A program made the translations under genes and the position numbers. From assembly GCA_036506795.1 (NCBI GenBank), contig DASXRC010000021.1, positions 17,190 to 81,189 of the forward strand: 64,000 nt of DNA. Reading direction: 5' to 3'. This DNA comes from Micromonosporaceae bacterium (lineage in GTDB: Bacteria > Actinomycetota > Actinomycetes > Mycobacteriales > Micromonosporaceae). The notes beneath the pieces were generated by a model. That model was not told where the DNA came from, made no database searches, and saw nothing but the letters and a program-made list of their open reading frames with translations. Below, piece after piece: positions 55,703 through 63,004 of this stretch; position 1 is the first letter of the stretch, and each line of letters opens with the position of its first letter.

Positions 55703-57649
55703 CTACGAGCGAGCGGACACGTCGGATCCGATCCACCGGGCGGCGAGTACGCCGAGCACGACAGCGAGCCCTATCCGGCCGACCGCATTCGTGGCGAACC
55801 CGAAGCCGAAGACGTTGGAGTTGTGAGCGATGCGGGCGAGCGTCGTGCCGACCAGACCGTCGGGTTGGCGCAGGGCGTCCGAGACCGGCAGGCTGAGGAC
55901 CGCGGCGCCAGCGGCGAGCAGGAGCCACCGGGTGGCCTGCGGTACGCGCCGAGCGGTCCCGTCCCACCTCGCCGCCGCGAGCGCGACAACCACGAGCAGC
56001 ACCTGGACGAGGAGCGGCGCGCGCGGCGATGACCACGCGTGGGCGGCGGGTCCCGCCACGACGAGCAGCGGCACGCCGGCCACCGCCACCGTCGCGGTGC
56101 GACCCAACCGCGACCGCCGGCTGGCCTGCGCCGCCGTCACCGCCATTAGCCAGGTCAGGGCGGCGAGCAGCGGGGCGCTGACGGCGACAGACCCCGTCGA
56201 GTCGAGCTCCTCGGACCTCGGGGCCGCCCACGCCGCGACCACGGCGATCGCGACCAGAGTGGCCCGCGCGGCGCGGTCGGTGGTGCCGCGTCCGACGAGT
56301 TGATGCGAGGCAAGCACCGCGCCACAGATGGTGGCGCAGCCCACCATGCCGAGCGCGACCGCGGTCGCGAGGCCGGGTCGCTGGGCGAAATCGGCGACCC
56401 GGTCGCCGGCATACAGCACGGTGACCGCGCCGACTGCCGGGACTACCACCGGACCGCGGCCCGCGAGGACGACGACCAACGCGGACCCGATCAGCACGAT
56501 CGCGGACGTCCGCAGCGCCCGGCCGGCCGAGGAGGAGTCCGGGTCGTGGACCAGGGCGGCGTGGTACACCCAGAGGGCGAGGCCGACCACCCCGAGAGCC
56601 GCCGCCAGGGTGCGCTCCGGCGTCCGGCGCCGCGCCGGAGCCTCGTCGGCGGCCGCCGCAGCGGAGGTGCCGACGGTGCCGCGGGCGGCCCGCATGGCGT
56701 ACGCGACGAGGAAAGTCGAGCACAGCAGCAGCGGGCCGACCATCGCCGAGACATTGCCGAGCAGGATGTCGGACGCTCGGACGGCGGCCCGACCGTCGAG
56801 CGACGGCCCCGCGTCGGCGAGGACCCGGCCGAAGCCGGCGGTGCCACCCGGCAGCAGCGCCAGCGGGAACCACGCGGGCGCCGAGCCGAGGCCGATCTCG
56901 AGGCTTGCCGCGGCGTGCAGGGAGCCGCCCACGGCGGCGCACTCAAGCGCGATCGCGGCACCCGCGGTCGCCACGAGCTGCCCGAGCCGGCGGCGTCCGG
57001 CGCCGATGAGCCGCATCGCGAGACCGGCGGCGACCGCGGTCAGCACCGTCCAGGCCGCAATACCCGGCGTGATGTCGATCCACCCCATGAAGGGCATGAC
57101 CGCGATCTCGTTGCCGATCAGGAGGAAGAGGTACATCGTCAGGCCGAGCGGCACGGTGGAGAGCGCGACCCTCGGGGCCGATCGGGGCGCCGGCGCGAAC
57201 GCGCCCCGTCGCGCGGCCACGCCTCCGAGCCACCACATGGCTGTGGCGGCCGCGGCCACGAGCAGGACGTTCACGGCGATCGCCGGGCCGGTGGCCAGGT
57301 GCGGGTCGACGAGCCGGTAGGCGTCGTGCACGGCGTTGAACAGGGCCGCCGCCAGGAGTGTGACCCCTGCGGCGCCGGCCAGCGCGGTCAGTGCCCGGCC
57401 GAGGCCGGTTGCGCGATCGCGCCACGAGCTGGCCGGGGCGTCCTCGGCCTCCACCGCGGGTGAGCAGGCGAGGCTCGCGGCGAATGCGAGCATCCGCGCG
57501 GAGCGGGCGCACGAGCCGACCGTCGGGTCGGCGCGCAAGGCGGCGAGCTCAGCGTGCCACTCGCGGATCATGTCCGCCGATATGTCCTCGGGCCACCTCC
57601 GTCCGGCCTGGGCGATGCACGACTCGGTGAACCGATCGATCGCGTTCAT
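55703..57649 (-). CDS. Polytopic membrane protein with a cytoplasmic N-terminal helical domain, translationally coupled to PadR
   Basis: ATG 57649 overlaps the PadR stop (ATGA). GC3 bias is strong. The N-terminus MNAIDRFTESCIAQAGRRWPEDISADMIREWHAEL is followed by many hydrophobic helices. No family recognised. Confidence 0.65.
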   Translation of the reverse strand: MNAIDRFTESCIAQAGRRWPEDISADMIREWHAELAALRADPTVGSCARSARMLAFAASLACSPAVEAEDAPASSWRDRATGLGRALTALAGAAGVTLLAAALFNAVHDAYRLVDPHLATGPAIAVNVLLVAAAATAMWWLGGVAARRGAFAPAPRSAPRVALSTVPLGLTMYLFLLIGNEIAVMPFMGWIDITPGIAAWTVLTAVAAGLAMRLIGAGRRRLGQLVATAGAAIALECAAVGGSLHAAASLEIGLGSAPAWFPLALLPGGTAGFGRVLADAGPSLDGRAAVRASDILLGNVSAMVGPLLLCSTFLVAYAMRAARGTVGTSAAAAADEAPARRRTPERTLAAALGVVGLALWVYHAALVHDPDSSSAGRALRTSAIVLIGSALVVVLAGRGPVVVPAVGAVTVLYAGDRVADFAQRPGLATAVALGMVGCATICGAVLASHQLVGRGTTDRAARATLVAIAVVAAWAAPRSEELDSTGSVAVSAPLLAALTWLMAVTAAQASRRSRLGRTATVAVAGVPLLVVAGPAAHAWSSPRAPLLVQVLLVVVALAAARWDGTARRVPQATRWLLLAAGAAVLSLPVSDALRQPDGLVGTTLARIAHNSNVFGFGFATNAVGRIGLAVVLGVLAARWIGSDVSARS

Positions 57650-57975
57650 GCTTCGCGCGCCCTTCCGATGACGCCGGTCGCGCGCGCCAGTTGCTGATTG
57701 AGCACGGCGATCTCGTGCCGAGCAAGGGCGGTGCCGTCGCGCGTGAGCCGGTAGTAGCGTCGGTTGGGCCGTCCCTCCGCGACGGGGTTGATGTCCTCCC
57801 AGTGGGACTCCACCCAGCCGGCCCGCTCCAGCCGAACCAGGATCGGGTACAGCGTTCCGCTGGCCAGGCCGGTGTCGTGCATGAGGTCGAGGCCGTACCG
57901 TTCGGCGGCCGGGTCGGCGAGCATCGCCGAGAGCACCTTCAGAACCGGTGTTGTGATACGGACGCCGGCAGCCAT
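57646..57975 (-). CDS. PadR family transcriptional regulator
   Basis: 109 aa: ERYGLDLMHDTGLASGTLYPILVRLERAGWVESHW...RRYYRLTRDG. Confidence 0.92.
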   Translation of the reverse strand: MAAGVRITTPVLKVLSAMLADPAAERYGLDLMHDTGLASGTLYPILVRLERAGWVESHWEDINPVAEGRPNRRYYRLTRDGTALARHEIAVLNQQLARATGVIGRAREA

Positions 57976-57990
57976 GTAAGAACTCTACAT
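57974..57990 (-). promoter_or_regulatory. PadR-type palindrome ATGT-N9-ACAT overlapping the PadR start codon
   Basis: The minus strand reads CTATGTAGAGTTCTTACATG, and the final ATG is the start codon at 57975. Confidence 0.6.
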
Positions 57991-58015
57991 AGCCCCTCCG
58001 CGCCTGTCCATGCCG

Positions 58016-59179
58016 TCATCCGAGGTCGACCCACGAACCAGTGGCGGCGGACCGGGCCATCGCCTCCAGCGCCTCCGCGCTCTGGACCGCGTCGTCCAGA
58101 CTCGGGCCGTACGGCGCTGCTTCGGCGATGGAGCGCAGGAAATGGTACGCCTCGACGACCTTCAAGTCGTCATAGCCCATCGCGATGCCGGACCCGGGCT
58201 GGAACGCGGCGTACTCGCCGTGGCCGGGTCCGACGTGGACGGTGCTCACCGGCTGGTCCTGGTACGACGTTCCGACGGACACGCGCAGCTCTCCCATCCG
58301 GCGGAAATCCCAGAACACGGCGCCGCGCGTGCCGTGAATCTCGAAGCCATAGCTGTTCTGCTCGCCGACCGCGACCCGGCTCGCCTCCAGGACGACCCGG
58401 GCGCCGGAGGCGAGGCGCAGCAGGCTGGACACGTAGTCCTCGTTCTCCACCCGGCCCGGCACACCGCCGCTGGCGCGGGTGTGTCCGGCGGTCGCACCGC
58501 TGGGCCTCGCGCGCTCGCCGAGGAACGTCGCCGTGTCGGCGACAAGGGACCGGATGTCGCCGAGCAGATACCGGATCAGGTCGACCCCGTGCGAAGCCAG
58601 GTCGCCGAGCACGCCGCTGCCGCCGCGGGCACGTTCGTACCGCCACGTCAGCGCGCCGGCCGGATGGGCCGCGTAGTCGCTGAACAGTCGGAACCGCGCG
58701 TGGGTCACCGCGCCGAGCTCGCCACCGCTGATCATGGTGCGCGCGGCGGCGACGGCGGGCGCGTTGCGGTAGTTGAAGCCGACCACGGCGCGCACACCGG
58801 CCGCGCGGACCGCGTCCGCGACGGCCCTGGCATCATCCGCGTCGAGCCCGACCGGCTTTTCGATCCAGATATGACGTCCCGCCCGCGCGAGCGCGACGCC
58901 GATGTCCCGGTGCAGAAAGTTCGGAACCGTGATGCTCACCGCCTGCACCCGCGGATCGGCGATGAGCTCGCGCCAGTCGCGGGCGGCGGTGGTGAAACCG
59001 AACCGCGCGGCCGCCTCCTCCGCGCGACCGGGGACCTCGTCGGCGACGGCCACCAGCTCCGGCCGCGCCGGCAGCTCGGGGAAGTGGTGCGGGACCCGGG
59101 CGTACGCCTGGGCGTGCACGCGGCCCATCCAGCCGAAGCCCACGACCGCCACCCCGATCGGCCGGCGTCCGCCGTCCAC
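58016..59179 (-). CDS. Gfo/Idh/MocA family oxidoreductase (inositol-dehydrogenase-like)
   Basis: GTG 59179 with GGAGA upstream, 15 nt after the GntR stop. Rossmann motif IGVAVVGFGWMGRVHA and EKPVG motif HIWIEKPVG. Confidence 0.82.
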   Translation of the reverse strand: MDGGRRPIGVAVVGFGWMGRVHAQAYARVPHHFPELPARPELVAVADEVPGRAEEAAARFGFTTAARDWRELIADPRVQAVSITVPNFLHRDIGVALARAGRHIWIEKPVGLDADDARAVADAVRAAGVRAVVGFNYRNAPAVAAARTMISGGELGAVTHARFRLFSDYAAHPAGALTWRYERARGGSGVLGDLASHGVDLIRYLLGDIRSLVADTATFLGERARPSGATAGHTRASGGVPGRVENEDYVSSLLRLASGARVVLEASRVAVGEQNSYGFEIHGTRGAVFWDFRRMGELRVSVGTSYQDQPVSTVHVGPGHGEYAAFQPGSGIAMGYDDLKVVEAYHFLRSIAEAAPYGPSLDDAVQSAEALEAMARSAATGSWVDLG

Positions 59180-59193
59180 GTCAGTCTCCGGTA

Positions 59194-59958
59194 TCAGGCG
59201 GTGGCGAGCGTGAGCTCGAAGGAGTACCGGCTCGCCCGGTAGAGGTGAGACCCGTACTCGACGGCCCGACCGGCGGCATCCCATGCCGTACGCGTCATCG
59301 TCAGCAACGGGGCGCCGCGCCGCTCCTCGAGCACGCGGCCCTCCACCGCCGACGCGGCGCGGCAGCCGATGATCTGGGTGGCGATCCGCGGCGCGTGGCC
59401 GGCCCGGCGGAGAAGTTCGTAGAGCCCGTGCGTGGTGAGATCCGTGCCGCTCGGCCTCATCAGGTCCACCGGGATCGCGTTGTGCATCAGCGCGAGCGGC
59501 TCGCCGTCGGCGTACCGAAGCCGCTCGATCCAGGTGATCTCGGCGCCCTCGGGCACGGCGAGCGCCCGCGCGACCGTGTCCGGGGCCGGCATCACCTCGA
59601 TTGCCAGGACCTTGGTCCGGGGCTCGCGACCGGCGACCGCCAGGTCGTCGTAGAGGCTCGACAGCTCGAGCGGGCGGCGGACCTTGGGGTGCACGACCTG
59701 CGTACCGACGCCGCGCTTGCGCACGAGCATGCCGCGTTCGACCAGGTACTGGATCGCCCGGCGCGCGGTCGGCCGGGACACGCCGAGCCGCTCCGCCAGG
59801 TCGATCTCATTCTCGATCCGGGTGCCCACCGGGACCTCCCCGCTCTCGATCTGCTCCTGCAGCCGGGTGGCGACCTGGAAGTACAGCGGGATCGGGCTGG
59901 TCCGGTCGACGTCAACGGGGTGGATGGCGGCGAGGGCGGGCGTGGCGTCCGACGGCAC
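59194..59958 (-). CDS. GntR family (HutC subfamily, UTRA domain) transcriptional regulator, IolR-like by context
   Basis: HTH region PLYFQVATRLQEQIESGEVPVGTRIENEIDLAERLGVSRPTARRAIQYLVERGML. GTG 59958 was chosen because the codons between 59959 and 60015 are AT-ending and atypical for coding sequence. Confidence 0.85.
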   Translation of the reverse strand: MPSDATPALAAIHPVDVDRTSPIPLYFQVATRLQEQIESGEVPVGTRIENEIDLAERLGVSRPTARRAIQYLVERGMLVRKRGVGTQVVHPKVRRPLELSSLYDDLAVAGREPRTKVLAIEVMPAPDTVARALAVPEGAEITWIERLRYADGEPLALMHNAIPVDLMRPSGTDLTTHGLYELLRRAGHAPRIATQIIGCRAASAVEGRVLEERRGAPLLTMTRTAWDAAGRAVEYGSHLYRASRYSFELTLATA

Positions 59959-60108
59959 GTGCGTCTCCAGAAAGTAACTATGTCTTAACAAAGTATTGAC
60001 ATGGTCTGCGTCCATGTTATTACATACCGACGATGTGAGTTGGCCCCTGCGTAAACCCCCGATTCCGGCGATCGTCACCGGTCCATCCTCCGAGGCGGGT
60101 GAGTCGAT
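59959..60108. promoter_or_regulatory. AT-rich divergent promoter/operator region between the GntR regulator and iolC
   Basis: This is the lowest-GC stretch of the window (..AAAGTAACTATGTCTTAACAAAGTATTGACATGGTCTGCGTCCATGTTATTACATACC..). It contains TTGACA at 59995-60000 and the imperfect palindrome ATGGTC-TGC-GTCCAT at 60001-60015. Confidence 0.5.
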
Positions 60109-61068
60109 GTGAGTGAAGCGCCCGCATTCGAGGTGGTGACGATGGGGCGGATCGGCGTCGACGTGTACCCGCTGCAGGTCGGTGTCTCGCTCCGCGAGGT
60201 GGAGACGTTCGGCAAGTACCTCGGGGGCAGCCCGACCAACGTCGCCGTGGCCGCCGCGCGGTTCGGTCGGCGCACCGCGGTCATCACGCGGACCGGCGAC
60301 GACCCGTTCGGCGCTTTCCTGCACGACGCCCTTCGCCGGTTTGGCGTGGACGACCGGTACGTCTCCGCGGTGCCGGGTCTGCCCACGCCGGTGACCTTTT
60401 GCGAGATCTTCCCGCCGGACGACTTCCCGCTGTACTTCTACCGGTTTCCCAAGGCGCCCGATCTCGAGATCCGCGCCGACGAGCTGGACCTGGACGCGAT
60501 CCGCCGCGCGGACATCCTGTGGGTCACCGGAACCGGACTGTCGCAGGAGCCGAGCCGGGAGGCGACGCTACGGGCCCTGCGCGCCCGCCCCCCGGGTGGG
60601 ACCACCGTGCTCGACCTGGACTACCGGCCGATGTTCTGGCCATCCCGCGAGGATGCCCGCCAGCACATCCAGCAGGCCCTTCCGTACGCCACGGTCGCGG
60701 TCGGGAACCTCGACGAGTGCGACACCGCCGTCGCGGTCCGCGACCCGCACAAGGCGGCCGCGGCGCTGCACGACGCGGGTGTGTCCCTCGCGGTCGTGAA
60801 GCAGGGGCCGGCCGGGGTGCTGGCCTCGGATGGTGTGCGCCAGGTGGAGGTGCCACCGGTGAAGATCCAGGTCGTCAACGGGCTCGGCGCCGGCGACGCG
60901 TTCGGCGGGGCGCTGTGCCACGCGTTGCTCTCCGGCTGGGATCTGCACCGGGCGATGCTGTTCTGCAACGCCGCCGGGGCGATCGTCGCGTCGCGGCTCG
61001 CGTGCGCGGACGCGATGCCCACCTCGGATGAGGTCGACGCCATCCTCCAGGAGGTGCCGGGTGCTTGA
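60109..61068 (+). CDS. iolC: 5-dehydro-2-deoxygluconokinase (PfkB family)
   Basis: Motifs GRIGVDVYP..GKYLGGSPTNVA and NGLGAGDAFGGAL, in iol gene context. The start is GTG 60109; ATG 60142 is the alternative. Confidence 0.85.
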   Translation: MSEAPAFEVVTMGRIGVDVYPLQVGVSLREVETFGKYLGGSPTNVAVAAARFGRRTAVITRTGDDPFGAFLHDALRRFGVDDRYVSAVPGLPTPVTFCEIFPPDDFPLYFYRFPKAPDLEIRADELDLDAIRRADILWVTGTGLSQEPSREATLRALRARPPGGTTVLDLDYRPMFWPSREDARQHIQQALPYATVAVGNLDECDTAVAVRDPHKAAAALHDAGVSLAVVKQGPAGVLASDGVRQVEVPPVKIQVVNGLGAGDAFGGALCHALLSGWDLHRAMLFCNAAGAIVASRLACADAMPTSDEVDAILQEVPGA

Positions 61069-61936
61069 CTCCGAGATCCGCGAGCTCGTCGACGTACGGG
61101 TGCACCGTCCGCACTCGGTTGCCGAGCTGGCCGCGCGCCGGCGACGTCCGGGGTCCCTGCTCGGCGAGCACGGCAAGCTCATGATGATAGCGGCCGACCA
61201 CGCCGCCCGCGGTGCCCTCCGCGCCGGCGCGGATCCGCTCGCCATGGCGAGCCGGGCCGAGATGCTCGACCGCCTGTGCGTGGCCCTGTCCCGCCCGGGA
61301 GTCAACGGCGTGCTCGGCACGGCCGACGTGCTCGACGACCTGCTGCTGCTCGGCGTCCTCGACGACAAGGTCGTGATCGGGTCGATGAACCGTGGCGGGC
61401 TCGCCGGCACGACGTTCGAGATCGACGACCGGTTCACGGCGCTGGACGCGGCCAGCATCGCCGCGGCGAACTACGAGGGCGGCAAGATGCTGTTGCGCAT
61501 CGACCCGGCCGACGACAAGACGGCGGCTACGCTGGAGTCGTGCTCGCGGGCGGTGAGCCAGCTGGCCGACCGCGGCCTGATGGCCATGGTGGAGCCGTTC
61601 ATCACGCATAGGGTCGACGGGCGCGTGAAGGTGGACCTCGGCCCGGACGCCATGATCCGGGCGATGACCGTCACCGCGGGGTTGGGCACCAGTTCGGCGT
61701 ACACCTGGCTGAAGGTTCCGGTCGTCGACGACATGGCGCGGGTGATGTCCGCGACCACGCTGCCCGCCCTCATCCTCGGCGGCGAGGTCGCCGACGACCC
61801 GGAGGCCGCGATCGTCAGCTGGGGCAAGGCGTTGGCGCTGCCGACCGTGCGCGGCCTGGTGATCGGTCGCTCCCTGCTGTACCCGGCCGACGGCGATGTG
61901 GCCGGTGCCGTCGACAGGGCGGTGAGCTTGCTATGA
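61061..61936 (+). CDS. DeoC/LacD-type class I aldolase (Cgl0159-like), probable 2-deoxy-5-keto-gluconate-6-phosphate aldolase
   Basis: GTG 61061 with GGAGG RBS, overlapping the iolC stop by 8 nt. Motifs KLMMIAADHAARG and GKMLLRI. The functional assignment rests mainly on its position between iolC and iolB. Confidence 0.65.
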   Translation: MLDSEIRELVDVRVHRPHSVAELAARRRRPGSLLGEHGKLMMIAADHAARGALRAGADPLAMASRAEMLDRLCVALSRPGVNGVLGTADVLDDLLLLGVLDDKVVIGSMNRGGLAGTTFEIDDRFTALDAASIAAANYEGGKMLLRIDPADDKTAATLESCSRAVSQLADRGLMAMVEPFITHRVDGRVKVDLGPDAMIRAMTVTAGLGTSSAYTWLKVPVVDDMARVMSATTLPALILGGEVADDPEAAIVSWGKALALPTVRGLVIGRSLLYPADGDVAGAVDRAVSLL

Positions 61937-61985
61937 CCACCCCACGAGGTTTCCGGCCACGCGCACGATTCCGCGGGGGCCCCGG

Positions 61986-62879
61986 ATGAGTCCGACGATC
62001 GCGACGGCCAACCCGGTGATTCGGCGCGGGACCACCGGAGACTCCGCGTTCGGGCTCGCGATCTCGCCCGAGCGGGCCGGCTGGGCGTACAGCGGCCTGC
62101 GCGTGCTGGAGCTGGCCGCCGGTGCCACCACGACCATCCACACCGGACATGACGAGGTCATCGTCCTGCCGCTGTCCGGAGCATGCGTCGTCCATTGCGA
62201 CGGCGAGGAGTTCCGGCTGACCGGCCGGAGCAATGTCTTCGCGCGCGTCACGGACTTCGCGTACGCCCCGCGGGAGGCCACCGTGACGTTGACCGCCGAG
62301 CGCGGCGGCCGGTTCGCGCTGCCCTCGGCGCGGGCCGGCAGCCGGCTCCGCGCCCGGTACGGCGCCGCCGAGGACGTGGCCGTCGAGCTGCGTGGCGCGG
62401 GGTCGGCCAGCCGGCAGGTGAACAACTTCTGCGCACCGGACCGGTTCGACGCCGACCGGCTGATCGCCGTCGAGGTGCTCACGCCGGGTGGCAACTGGTC
62501 GTCATACCCGCCCCACAAACACGACGAGGAGCGTGCCGACGAGTCCGAGCTCGAGGAGATCTACTACTTCGAGGTGTCGAACGACGGCGTCGCGTACCAG
62601 CGGGTGTACGGCTCCGCCCGGCGGCCGATCGACGTGTGCGCCGAGGTGCGCTCCGGCGACGCGGTGCTCGTGCCCTACGGCTGGCACGGCCCGTCGATGG
62701 CCGCACCCGGTTACGACCTGTACTACCTCAATGTCATGGCGGGGCCGGGGGAGCGGGTGTGGCGATTCCGCGACGACCCGGCGCACGCCTGGATCCGCGA
62801 CACGTGGGCGACGCAGCCGGTCGACGCGCGGCTGCCGATGACCACGACCACAGAGCGAGCGAACCGGGAGGCATCGTGA
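61986..62879 (+). CDS. iolB: 5-deoxy-glucuronate isomerase
   Basis: Cupin motif SSYPPHKHDEE...SELEEIYYF and GWHGP. Sits in iol context. Confidence 0.88.
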   Translation: MSPTIATANPVIRRGTTGDSAFGLAISPERAGWAYSGLRVLELAAGATTTIHTGHDEVIVLPLSGACVVHCDGEEFRLTGRSNVFARVTDFAYAPREATVTLTAERGGRFALPSARAGSRLRARYGAAEDVAVELRGAGSASRQVNNFCAPDRFDADRLIAVEVLTPGGNWSSYPPHKHDEERADESELEEIYYFEVSNDGVAYQRVYGSARRPIDVCAEVRSGDAVLVPYGWHGPSMAAPGYDLYYLNVMAGPGERVWRFRDDPAHAWIRDTWATQPVDARLPMTTTTERANREAS

Positions 62880-62997
62880 GCGAGTGGAGCGTCGCCGGTG
62901 GCGCCTGGACCGACGCGACGCGCCGGGCGCAGCCCGCTGCGTGGCGCGGAGGGAAGGCGGCATCCGTGGGCGGCGCGGAGCGAGCGAACCGGGAGGC
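62853..62997 (+). repeat. 20-nt direct repeat GAGCGAGCGAACCGGGAGGC at the iolB 3' end and again just before iolD
   Basis: Perfect copies at 62853-62872 and 62978-62997. Each is followed by ..GTGA, a coupled stop/start. Confidence 0.9.
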
Positions 62998-63004
62998 GCA
63001 GTGA
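62876..63004 (+). CDS. Possible 42-aa coupling ORF between iolB and iolD
   Basis: GTG 62876 overlaps the iolB stop, and TGA 63002-63004 overlaps the iolD GTG. Its C-terminus AERANREAQ echoes the iolB C-terminus TERANREAS. No homology recognised. Confidence 0.3.
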   Translation: MSEWSVAGGAWTDATRRAQPAAWRGGKAASVGGAERANREAQ

